IMG/VR virus record: IMGVR_UViG_2778261704_000023 | Span: 1-6,165 of that record | DNA from: a virus | Taxonomy: Duplodnaviria; Heunggongvirae; Uroviricota; Caudoviricetes | DNA length: 6,165 nucleotides | Strand: one strand, 5' to 3' | Shown here: in pieces, positions 1 through 6,165 of the stretch | How positions within the stretch are numbered: position 1 is the first letter of the stretch | How the letters are laid out: every line of letters begins with the position of its first letter | Program-made: the position numbers and the translations under genes | The notes under the pieces: generated by a model | Databases searched by the model: none | What the model was told of the DNA's origin: nothing | What the model saw: the letters and a program-made list of their open reading frames with translations, nothing else

Positions 1-473
1 GGGGCCAGCATCTGGGCCACACCGCCCAGAATCATGCTGGCTCCAAGTGAAAACAGCATCGTGGTGGCAGAAAAACCACCGGCTGCCAGGGCTGAACCCC
101 ATAACGCCATTGATGCCCCGGCAGTGAAGAAAGAGCCCACGATGGCTGCCGCCCCCAGCACAATCTGCAGTCCACCCTTTCCGGCCCCGGCCAGTCGCGG
201 CACAATGTGGATGACCGTTCCCTCACCCAGCTGTTCGTGAAGACGGGCGTACACCGCCTCCGGTGCCGTGTCCTCACCGCGAATACGTATCTGGTACCAG
301 CCTTCGTTCATCTGACGGCGGAATCCCGGCATCTGCATCGACAGGGCACGGATGGCTTCCGCTGCCGTGTTCACATACAGGCTGAGGCGGCGGCCAAATC
401 GTTGTAAATCCCCGTGAAGGCAGATACGTGCCAGTGGCGGTGACGCCAGGCTGAATGCGTTCGTCGTTGCCAT
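1..473 (-). CDS. I: Lambda-like tail assembly protein I (gpI homolog), N-terminal ~157 codons; the 3' end runs off the window start
   Basis: Not in the supplied ORF track because no stop lies within the window. Manual minus-strand translation from ATG at 473..471 gives MATTNAFSLASPPLARICLHGDLQRFGRRLSLYVNTAAEAIRAL...IHIVPRLAGAGKGGLQIVLGAAAIVGSFFTAGA..., open to position 3. This closely parallels lambda gpI as I recall it (MAATHTLPLASPGMARICLYGDLQRFGRRIDLRV...). GAGAGG lies about 11 nt upstream of the ATG. The start overlaps the 3' end of K by about 100 nt in another frame. Confidence 0.85.
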   Translation of the reverse strand, partial: MATTNAFSLASPPLARICLHGDLQRFGRRLSLYVNTAAEAIRALSMQMPGFRRQMNEGWYQIRIRGEDTAPEAVYARLHEQLGEGTVIHIVPRLAGAGKGGLQIVLGAAAIVGSFFTAGASMALWGSALAAGGFSATTMLFSLGASMILGGVAQMLA

Positions 474-1081
474 TTTTCGGAATACCTCTCCCGTTTACTC
501 AGTTGTTCAGGCAGATGGTGAAGCAGTTCACCGTTGCCGCAGTATATGGCGGCATGATTGGCCACCGATGCGCCAAAGCAGCACAGCAGGATATCGCCAG
601 GCTGTGCGGAAGGCAGGGAAATCCTGTAAAAACCAGTCGCCTCCATATTGTCCAGGTACAGGTTCTGACCGTTGCGCCACCAGTCATCCTCACGCTCAAA
701 ATCCGGCATATCAATTCCCGCCAGATGGTAGGCATCCCGGAACAGCGTGTAACAGTCCGTCACCCCGTGCTCAAAGCGCCGTCCTGTCAGATGTGGCACA
801 CAGCGGAATTTATGAATTTCCCCCCGGCAGACCAGCCACCAGGACAGTGCACTTTTTATCTGCAGCCGCCGGTCGGCCTCGCTCAGCCAGGGCAGACCAC
901 CGGGATGACTGTGGACCAGTGCCACAATCTCCCCCTGCATCTCTGCCCGCAGCCAGTCTTCCGGTGCAATACGAAAATACGCCTCCGGCTCTGCAGAGGT
1001 AAGCGTCGTCTCAGCACCGTCTGGCAGATCCTGAAATTCCTGAGAGAATAGTGGACACCAAATATGGTGGACGCTATCCAT
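371..1081 (-). CDS. K: Tail assembly protein K (gpK-like, MPN/JAMM plus NlpC/P60 domains), C-terminal 208 codons, fused in frame to 28 codons supplied by the left end of the IS; native N-terminus is displaced to 3461..3576
   Basis: ORF-track 236-aa ORF. From residue 29 (SAEPEAYFRIAPEDWL...) it matches lambda gpK as recalled. Contains the JAMM motif HSHPGGLPWLSEAD (HxHx7SxxD) and NlpC/P60-like Cys and His (GVTDCYTLF ... NHAAIY). Codons 1-27 and part of codon 28 (1081 down to 999) lie inside the IS; the ATG at 1081 has no obvious Shine-Dalgarno sequence. Confidence 0.85.
   Translation of the reverse strand: MDSVHHIWCPLFSQEFQDLPDGAETTLTSAEPEAYFRIAPEDWLRAEMQGEIVALVHSHPGGLPWLSEADRRLQIKSALSWWLVCRGEIHKFRCVPHLTGRRFEHGVTDCYTLFRDAYHLAGIDMPDFEREDDWWRNGQNLYLDNMEATGFYRISLPSAQPGDILLCCFGASVANHAAIYCGNGELLHHLPEQLSKRERYSEKWQRRTHSAWRHRHWHVSAFTGIYNDLAAASACM
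991..998. repeat. Target-site duplication, left copy (CTGCAGAG)
   Basis: Identical to 3453..3460 and immediately abuts the IS terminus; the sequence is native gpK coding sequence. Confidence 0.9.
999..1027 (+). repeat. IS66-family left terminal inverted repeat (imperfect)
   Basis: GTAAGCGTCGTCTCAGCACCGTCTGGCAG. Compared by eye with the reverse complement of 3424..3452 (GTAAGCGTGCAGCAAGAACCGTATTGACG): the first 8 nt are identical and about 18 of 29 positions match. Confidence 0.7.
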
Positions 1082-1484
1082 GAAATCATTAACCGCAGTG
1101 CGTAAAAAAAGCCCTAATTATCCCGTTGAGTTCAAAATCAAAATGGTTGAACTCTCGCATCGACCAGAGATCTCCGTAGCGCAACTCGCTCGTGAGCATG
1201 GGATCAACGATAATTTGCTGTTCAAGTGGCGCCAGTACTGGCGCGAAGGAAAACTACGTCCTCCTTCAACAACAGAAAACAACGTGCCTGAGCTGCTCCC
1301 GATAACACTTGATGCCGAAGATGTTGTCCCTACAACCTCCCCCCGGTCACAACCTGTAGCTGCTGCGACACCTGAATCACTCAATATCAGCTGTGAAGTG
1401 ACGTTCCGGCACGGATCACTCCGTCTGAATGGTGCCATCAGCGAAAATATCCTGAACCTGCTGATACGGGAGCTCAAACGTTGA
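1080..1484 (+). CDS. tnpA: IS66-family accessory protein TnpA (orf1)
   Basis: 134-aa ORF at the first position inside the IS, ATG at 1080, 81 nt from the left terminus. Its stop overlaps the tnpB start (TTGA at 1481..1484). The start could instead be the internal Met22 at 1143. Confidence 0.75.
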   Translation: MKSLTAVRKKSPNYPVEFKIKMVELSHRPEISVAQLAREHGINDNLLFKWRQYWREGKLRPPSTTENNVPELLPITLDAEDVVPTTSPRSQPVAAATPESLNISCEVTFRHGSLRLNGAISENILNLLIRELKR

Positions 1485-1828
1485 TCCCATTACCATCAGG
1501 GACAAAGATCTGGCTGGTCGCTGGCATCACCGATATGAGAAACGGCTTCAACGGCCTGGCGGCAAAGGTGCAGACGACGCTGAAAGACGATCCGATGTCA
1601 GGTCACGTTTTTATCTTCCGTGGGCGTAATGGCAGTCAGGTAAAGCTCCTCTGGTCTACCGGCGATGGACTGTGTCTGCTGACCAAACGGCTGGAGCGCG
1701 GCCGCTTCGCCTGGCCGTCAGCCCGGGATGGCAAAGTGTTCCTCACACCGGCACAGCTGGCGATGCTGCTGGAAGGTATCGACTGGCGGCAGCCTAAAAG
1801 ACTGCTTACGTCCCTGACTATGTTGTAA
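1481..1828 (+). CDS. tnpB: IS66-family accessory protein TnpB (orf2, IS66 Orf2-like; unrelated to the IS200/IS605 TnpB nuclease)
   Basis: 115-aa ORF MIPLPSGTKIWLVAGITDMRNGFNGLA..., an N-terminus I recognise from IS66-family TnpB annotations. The start codon is TTG at 1481, overlapping the tnpA stop, which suggests translational coupling. Confidence 0.85.
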   Translation: MIPLPSGTKIWLVAGITDMRNGFNGLAAKVQTTLKDDPMSGHVFIFRGRNGSQVKLLWSTGDGLCLLTKRLERGRFAWPSARDGKVFLTPAQLAMLLEGIDWRQPKRLLTSLTML

Positions 1829-1876
1829 GCCTCTTTATCCTGGTCGACGCTGAATGAGCCTGGTAATATACCCGGT

Positions 1877-3415
1877 ATGAGCAGCTCACTTCCTGACGAT
1901 ATCAATGCACTGAAACGTCTCCTTGCCGAACAGGAGGCGCTGAACCGTGCCCTGCTGGAAAAGCTGAACGAGCGTGAACGCGAAATAGACCATCTGCAGG
2001 CACAGCTGGATAAGCTGCGCCGGATGAACTTCGGCAGCCGCTCCGAAAAAGTCTCCCGTCGTATCGCACAGATGGAAGCTGACCTGAAGGCACTTCAGAA
2101 AGAAAGTGATACCCTTACCGGTCGGGTTGACGACCCGGCCGTGCAGCGCCCGCTGCGTCAAACCCGCACCCGCAAACCGTTCCCCGAATCACTCCCCCGC
2201 GATGAAAAACGGCTGCTGCCGGCAGCATCATGCTGCCCGGAATGTGGAGGCTCACTGAGCTATCTGGGTGAGGATGCCGCCGAACAGCTGGAGTTGATGC
2301 GCAGCGCCTTCCGGGTTATCCGGACTGTACGTGAAAAGCATGCCTGTACTCAGTGCGATGCCATCGTGCAGGCCCCCGCGCCTTCACGGCCCATCGAGCG
2401 GGGTATCGCAGGACCGGGGCTGCTGGCCCGCGTGCTGATCTCAAAGTATGCAGAGCACACCCCGCTGTACCGCCAGTCTGAAATGTACGGCCGCCAGGGC
2501 GTGGAGCTGAGTCGTTCACTGCTGTCGGGCTGGGTGGATGCATGCTGCCGGCTACTGTCACCGCTGGAAGAAGCGCTTCAGGACTATGTGCTGACTGACG
2601 GTAAGCTCCATGCTGATGACACGCCTGTCCCGGTGCTGTTGCCAGGCAATAAGAAAACGAAGACCGGGCGGTTATGGACCTACGTTCGTGACGACCGTAA
2701 CGCCGGGTCAACGCTGGCGCCGGCGGTGTTGTTCGCTTACAGCCCGGACAGAAAAGGCATCCATCCGCAGACCCATCTTGCGGGGTTCAGTGGTGTACTG
2801 CAGGCGGATGCATACGCCGGGTTCAACGAGCTGTACCGGGATGGCCGGATAACGGAAGCCGCCTGTTGGGCTCACGCCCGCCGTAAAATCCACGATGTGC
2901 ACGTTCGCACCCCGTCAGCCCTGACGGAGGAAGCGCTGAAACGGATCGGCGAACTGTACGCCATCGAGGCAGAGATAAGGGGAATGACGGCGGAGCAGCG
3001 CCTTGCCGAACGTCAGTTGAAAACGAAACCGCTGCTGAAATCCCTGGAAAGCTGGCTGCGTGAAAAGATGAAAACCCTGTCGCGACACTCAGAACTGGCG
3101 AAAGCGTTCGCATACGCCCTGAACCAGTGGCCGGCGCTGACGTACTATGCAGATGATGGCTGGGCTGAGGCGGACAATAACATCGCTGAAAATGCGTTGC
3201 GGATGGTCAGTCTGGGCCGCAAAAACTACCTGTTCTTCGGTTCGGATCATGGAGGAGAGCGGGGAGCGCTGCTGTACAGCCTGATCGGGACGTGCAAACT
3301 GAACGGAGTGGAGCCAGAAAGCTACCTCCGCTATGTCCTTGACGTCATAGCCGACTGGCCGATAAACCGGGTCGGCGAACTGCTCCCCTGGCGCGTAGCA
3401 CTGCCGACTGAATAA
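1877..3415 (+). CDS. tnpC: IS66-family transposase TnpC (orf3)
   Basis: 512-aa ORF. N-terminal heptad leucine-rich coiled coil ([36 protein letters not shown]). Cys cluster CCPEC...C..C (codons at 2231..2356), typical of the IS66 transposase zinc-finger region. Acidic residues follow, consistent with a DDE core. Confidence 0.9.
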   Translation: MSSSLPDDINALKRLLAEQEALNRALLEKLNEREREIDHLQAQLDKLRRMNFGSRSEKVSRRIAQMEADLKALQKESDTLTGRVDDPAVQRPLRQTRTRKPFPESLPRDEKRLLPAASCCPECGGSLSYLGEDAAEQLELMRSAFRVIRTVREKHACTQCDAIVQAPAPSRPIERGIAGPGLLARVLISKYAEHTPLYRQSEMYGRQGVELSRSLLSGWVDACCRLLSPLEEALQDYVLTDGKLHADDTPVPVLLPGNKKTKTGRLWTYVRDDRNAGSTLAPAVLFAYSPDRKGIHPQTHLAGFSGVLQADAYAGFNELYRDGRITEAACWAHARRKIHDVHVRTPSALTEEALKRIGELYAIEAEIRGMTAEQRLAERQLKTKPLLKSLESWLREKMKTLSRHSELAKAFAYALNQWPALTYYADDGWAEADNNIAENALRMVSLGRKNYLFFGSDHGGERGALLYSLIGTCKLNGVEPESYLRYVLDVIADWPINRVGELLPWRVALPTE

Positions 3416-3423
3416 CACATCCC

Positions 3424-3452
3424 CGTCAATACGGTTCTTGCTGCACGCTTAC
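3424..3452 (-). repeat. IS66-family right terminal inverted repeat (imperfect)
   Basis: Reverse complement begins GTAAGCGT, matching the left terminus; it lies 9 nt after the tnpC stop. Confidence 0.7.
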
Positions 3453-3460
3453 CTGCAGAG
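3453..3460. repeat. Target-site duplication, right copy (CTGCAGAG)
   Basis: Identical to 991..998 and immediately abuts the IS terminus ...CGCTTAC at 3452. Confidence 0.9.
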
Positions 3461-3586
3461 ATATTCACACAAGGGATATACCGCTCCCCCTCCGGCGTTC
3501 TCACCACGAAGCCGCACGACTCCGCAGGCGCACACCGCCGGGCATGCGCCAGAATCGCTGATTCAGTCTGTGTCATAAACCGGGAT

Positions 3587-4285
3587 TTACTGCGAAAGTT
3601 TATTAATGGAAAGGAAACCGCCAAAGTTGCCGACATTCCTGCGCAGTTCACACCCGCGCATGCATTTACTGCATCTGTCCTTCCGGATATCCGTGGTGGG
3701 GTTGTCGAACTCATCCGCCACTGCCGGACCGTTATACCCGCATTCATCAGAGCGGTAATCCCACATACAGGTGTTCGCCAGCATGATGCGACCGGGAAAC
3801 AGCGCCCCGTCCGTCTCGGTCGGTGTTGCCAGCACAAACGAGGCTGTCATGGCCGTCAGCTCTGACATCTGCTCCACCACCCAGCGGTCGCTCAGCTCCT
3901 GCTCCGGGTCCGCTTCCGGATTGCCCGCCACAAAATTCACCGCATCCAGAAAACGGGCATACACCCGGCGGCGGACCACCGTGGCCCCCACCAGGCTCTG
4001 CAGGTCCTCCGCCATCCCGGTGACCAGACCAAACAGATTCGACACCGTCAGCGACGGGCGGGCACTGCTGCCCTTCCCGTTCATCTCAAAGCCACTGCCG
4101 TCAATCGGGTATGCCTGGTACTTCCGCCCCTGCCAGGTCACCGGCTCCCCTTTTTCATTCAGCTCATTACAGAAAAAATACCGCTCACCACCCTGGGCCT
4201 TCAGGTCAATTTCCCAGAGCACCACCCGCGGTGACTGCTCTGATTTAACCGACTCGTTCAGGCTTTCCCCGTGAATATGCTGCAT
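3587..4285 (-). CDS. L: Minor tail protein L (gpL homolog; tail-tip protein with a Cys4 Fe-S cluster motif)
   Basis: 232 aa, the same length as lambda gpL, with high similarity along its length as recalled (MQ.I..E.LNE...EQS..VVLWEIDL...GGERYFFCNE.NEKGEPVTWQGR.YQ ... NVGNFGGFLSINKLSQ). The ATG at 4285 overlaps the M stop. Confidence 0.92.
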   Translation of the reverse strand: MQHIHGESLNESVKSEQSPRVVLWEIDLKAQGGERYFFCNELNEKGEPVTWQGRKYQAYPIDGSGFEMNGKGSSARPSLTVSNLFGLVTGMAEDLQSLVGATVVRRRVYARFLDAVNFVAGNPEADPEQELSDRWVVEQMSELTAMTASFVLATPTETDGALFPGRIMLANTCMWDYRSDECGYNGPAVADEFDNPTTDIRKDRCSKCMRGCELRRNVGNFGGFLSINKLSQ

Positions 4286-4626
4286 CAGTTCACCACCTGC
4301 TCAATCGTACAGCTGAAATCACTGTACCGGACGTTATCCGTGACGCTCCACTCCCGGCACACCACCCTCACCGTCCGGTTATGTTTCGGCGGTCGCCACA
4401 AAAAGGCACGGTAACCACCATGCCAGGATAAAAATTCATCCAGCCAGCGCCGGGTTGACTCATCCGTCACCCGGAACACCGCCTGAAACGTCTTCAGTTG
4501 AGGATTCAGTCCTGTGGGGCGACGCTGTTCATAACCGTCACCAAACCGTACCCTCGCCACCGACGGTTTCTCACTCACCTGCATCCCTTCACGCGGGACC
4601 AGATGCAGCGTTTTTATCTCAGCCAC
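4285..4626 (-). CDS. M: Minor tail protein M (gpM homolog)
   Basis: 113 aa, with similarity to lambda gpM (109 aa) as recalled (...VRFGDGY.QR...GLN..LKT ... HGG...FLW.PP ... EQVVN). The start appears to be GTG at 4626..4624, with GGAGG 8 nt upstream; it overlaps the end of H by 8 nt. Confidence 0.88.
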   Translation of the reverse strand: MAEIKTLHLVPREGMQVSEKPSVARVRFGDGYEQRRPTGLNPQLKTFQAVFRVTDESTRRWLDEFLSWHGGYRAFLWRPPKHNRTVRVVCREWSVTDNVRYSDFSCTIEQVVN

Positions 4627-6165
4627 TCAGCATTCCTCCGTCACGTCGCATGGACAACATCACCGCCTGCACCCGCTGGTCAATCAGCTGCACAAGACTG
4701 CCTGCCGCCTCCGGCCCTATCTGGCCATTAGTCCCGTCATTCTGAATGGCGATATGGTAGACCGGGGAATACACCAGGCCCGCACTACCGTTCATACTGC
4801 CCACCGCTCGCACACCCAGCGAGCCATCCGCCGCCCGGGTCAGGGGCATAATGGCTTCAGGACCGGCCTCCCCCATCAGTCCCGCCCCTTTTGCAAAGGC
4901 AAAGTACGTGGGCGTATCCACAATACTGTTGCTGTACGCACTCAGGTTTGCCGAGGTATACACGCCGCCTTTTGCATTGGCCACCGCCCCGCCCAGCCAG
5001 TCACCAATGCTGCCGAGAAATCCTCCCGCACCGGACATACCGTTTGCCGCCGTCTTAATTCCGTTGACAATCGCGGCATTCATAAGAACTTTTGATATTT
5101 CCTGCAGCACTGATGAGGCCCAGCTGCGCCATTCCACTTTATTTCCGTTCAGCATCTCCGTGATGTTATTCACCATCCCTGAGATACCCTCCGTCGCAAG
5201 CTGTGCTGCCTGTGAGGCGTAATCGGACGCATTATCCACCCAGTTACTGAATCCCTCCTGCAGCCCTTTCTGCCAGTCCGCACGCTGCACATCCGATTCG
5301 GCATAAAAGGCTGCCTGGTCCTTAAGGCGTTCGCTCAGATACTGCGCGTTCTGTGCCCGTGCCTGTCTGTAAAAATCCTCACTGATATCCCCGGTCTGAT
5401 ACTGAGACTGAAGGTCCGCATCCTTCTGGCGGAAGCTGTCGCGGATCTGCTGCAACTCCCGCATGCGTTCCCTGGCTCGTTCTCCCTGCCCGTATCCCAG
5501 CAGTTCGGCTTCATTTGATGCACGCGCAGCCACATTATCATTCTTCAGGGTCTCTTCCCGGGATCGCAACTGTTCCCGGATTTTTTGCTGGTCAATCAGG
5601 GCCGCGTTACGCAGCAGTTCCTGCTTCTGCATCTCCGTCAGGGTTTTCAGTTCGCCCTGCGCAGTCTGGTACTTCAGCTTCGCCAGCTCTGTATTCTGAC
5701 CCGCCAGTGCCAGTTGCTCTTTCTGCTGCTTCAGTAGCCGGGAAAAACTGTCTTCCGCTTTTTCCGTCTCTGATTTTCCACCCCGGGATTTAGGTTTGTT
5801 CGCCTCGTTATTACGCCAGGCTTCCAGGGCATTACTGATATAACGCTGTCTCGCCTCCTGATACGAATCCCCCACAAAACCAAGGTCATCCGCCGCATAC
5901 CCCAGCCGGGCACGCTCTTTTTCCTCCCCCTTCAGTCGGGACAGGGCCAGCTCACGCTCTGTTTTTGTCAGGGCACTCTGCTGTTTATCATCCAGGGTGG
6001 CCTGTGGCAGCCGTAACGGTACATTCACCAGCCCCTGACGCTGCTGAAGCAGTTCATTCCCCAGCCCCAGCAGACGGTTGAATTCCGTATGCTGACCGTT
6101 CATAACCAGCATGGACTGGTACACCTTATTCTGCTCTGCCGCCTGCTGACGAATTAACGCCACAC
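4619..6165 (-). CDS. H: Tail tape-measure protein (gpH-like), C-terminal ~515 codons; the 5' end lies beyond the window
   Basis: Long minus-strand ORF immediately upstream of M and open to the window edge; the Met at 6163 is only the first in-window Met, not the true start. Q/E/K/R-rich predicted coiled-coil stretch followed by a Gly-rich hydrophobic segment (GMSGAGGFLGSIGDWLGGAVANAKGG), as expected for a tape-measure protein C-terminal region. Position and order match lambda H-M-L-K-I. Confidence 0.8.
   Translation of the reverse strand, partial: VALIRQQAAEQNKVYQSMLVMNGQHTEFNRLLGLGNELLQQRQGLVNVPLRLPQATLDDKQQSALTKTERELALSRLKGEEKERARLGYAADDLGFVGDSYQEARQRYISNALEAWRNNEANKPKSRGGKSETEKAEDSFSRLLKQQKEQLALAGQNTELAKLKYQTAQGELKTLTEMQKQELLRNAALIDQQKIREQLRSREETLKNDNVAARASNEAELLGYGQGERARERMRELQQIRDSFRQKDADLQSQYQTGDISEDFYRQARAQNAQYLSERLKDQAAFYAESDVQRADWQKGLQEGFSNWVDNASDYASQAAQLATEGISGMVNNITEMLNGNKVEWRSWASSVLQEISKVLMNAAIVNGIKTAANGMSGAGGFLGSIGDWLGGAVANAKGGVYTSANLSAYSNSIVDTPTYFAFAKGAGLMGEAGPEAIMPLTRAADGSLGVRAVGSMNGSAGLVYSPVYHIAIQNDGTNGQIGPEAAGSLVQLIDQRVQAVMLSMRRDGGMLSG

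Larger units (their letters stand above)
999..3452 (+). mobile_element. Complete IS66-family insertion sequence (2454 bp) with tnpA, tnpB and tnpC; possibly ISEc8-like, exact name unverified
   Basis: Three-ORF organisation typical of the IS66 family (about 134 aa, about 115 aa, 512 aa). Termini are GTAAGCGT at 999..1006 and its reverse complement ACGCTTAC at 3445..3452. Flanked by a perfect 8-bp direct repeat CTGCAGAG. The length and the 8-bp duplication fit the IS66 family. Confidence 0.9.
3331..3576 (-). pseudogene. K: Native 5' fragment of gpK: 39 K codons (3576 down to 3460) reading through the target duplication into the IS right end and terminating at 3331
   Basis: ATG at 3576..3574 lies 10 nt downstream of the L stop. 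Manual translation gives MTQTESAILAHARRCAPAESCGFVVRTPEGERYIPCVNI, which I recall as the lambda gpK N-terminus. The frame then continues into IS sequence (SAGKRAARTVL...) up to a stop. This is the 3' part of ORF-track ORF 3331..3837, whose 5' extension into L is spurious. Confidence 0.75.

Noticed and set aside
32-277. 81-aa minus-strand ORF from the ORF track
   Set aside because: It lies inside the gpI coding region in a different frame. The gpI frame is open across the whole region and has clear homology; this ORF is an overlapping-frame artefact of GC-rich coding sequence.
455-1051. Plus-strand ORFs 455..1051 and 568..1002, antisense to K
   Set aside because: They are antisense to a well-supported K coding region, Pro/Arg/Ala-rich and low-complexity, with no recognisable domain; typical shadow ORFs of GC-rich coding DNA.
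1481-1828. Possibility that the IS-encoded TnpB is an RNA-guided (OMEGA, Cas12-ancestor) nuclease
   Set aside because: The IS66 TnpB (Orf2-like) is an unrelated small accessory protein that merely shares the name with IS200/IS605 TnpB; 115 aa is far too short and no RuvC-like motifs are present.
1886-3418. Minus-strand ORFs inside the IS (1886..2161, 1902..2093, 2316..2711, 2708..2902, 2823..3113, 3089..3418), antisense to tnpC
   Set aside because: All overlap the well-supported transposase gene on the opposite strand; IS66-family elements are not known to encode antisense proteins and these translations are low-complexity.
3577-3837. 5' extension of the 168-aa minus-strand ORF 3331..3837 into the L gene
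   Set aside because: It overlaps the 3' end of L in another frame. The real start is the ATG at 3576, just after the L stop, giving the conserved K N-terminus; the upstream part is a spurious read-through frame.
3771-4274. Plus-strand ORFs 3771..4274 and 3823..4023, antisense to L
   Set aside because: Shadow ORFs opposite the highly conserved L gene; Pro/Ser/Ala-rich translations with no motif.
4455-5222. Plus-strand ORFs 4455..4745, 4498..4731, 4754..5095 and 4851..5222, antisense to M and H
   Set aside because: Antisense to the M and tape-measure coding sequence, with no start context or recognisable similarity; rejected as frame artefacts.
1-6165. CRISPR array, tRNA or rRNA genes, integrase or attachment site, or a defence or toxin-antitoxin system
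   Set aside because: No arrays of short direct repeats, no tRNA-like structures and no unexplained ORFs were seen. The window is fully accounted for by five phage tail genes and one IS66-family element, so there is no sequence basis for claiming a novel system here.

Overview
This window is the tail-tip assembly module of a lambda-like (lambdoid) prophage, encoded on the minus strand in lambda gene order: the 3' part of the tape-measure gene H (4619..6165), M (4285..4626), L (3587..4285), K (3576 down to 371, interrupted) and the 5' part of I (473 down to 1, running off the window). The K gene is split after codon 39 by a complete 2454-bp IS66-family insertion sequence (999..3452) carrying tnpA-tnpB-tnpC on the plus strand. 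The element has GTAAGCGT termini with imperfect inverted repeats and is flanked by a perfect 8-bp target-site duplication, CTGCAGAG. Removing the IS and one duplication copy restores an uninterrupted 247-codon K reading frame, so the insertion looks recent and is probably the only lesion in this stretch. I find no CRISPR array, tRNA or rRNA, and no evidence for a novel system: known phage tail genes plus one IS explain the whole window. The points worth a second look all follow from the insertion (a chimeric K reading frame, likely polarity on I and downstream tail genes) and from conserved catalytic and metal-binding motifs in K and L. All homology calls are from reading the translations and from memory of phage lambda and IS66-family proteins; no database search was run.
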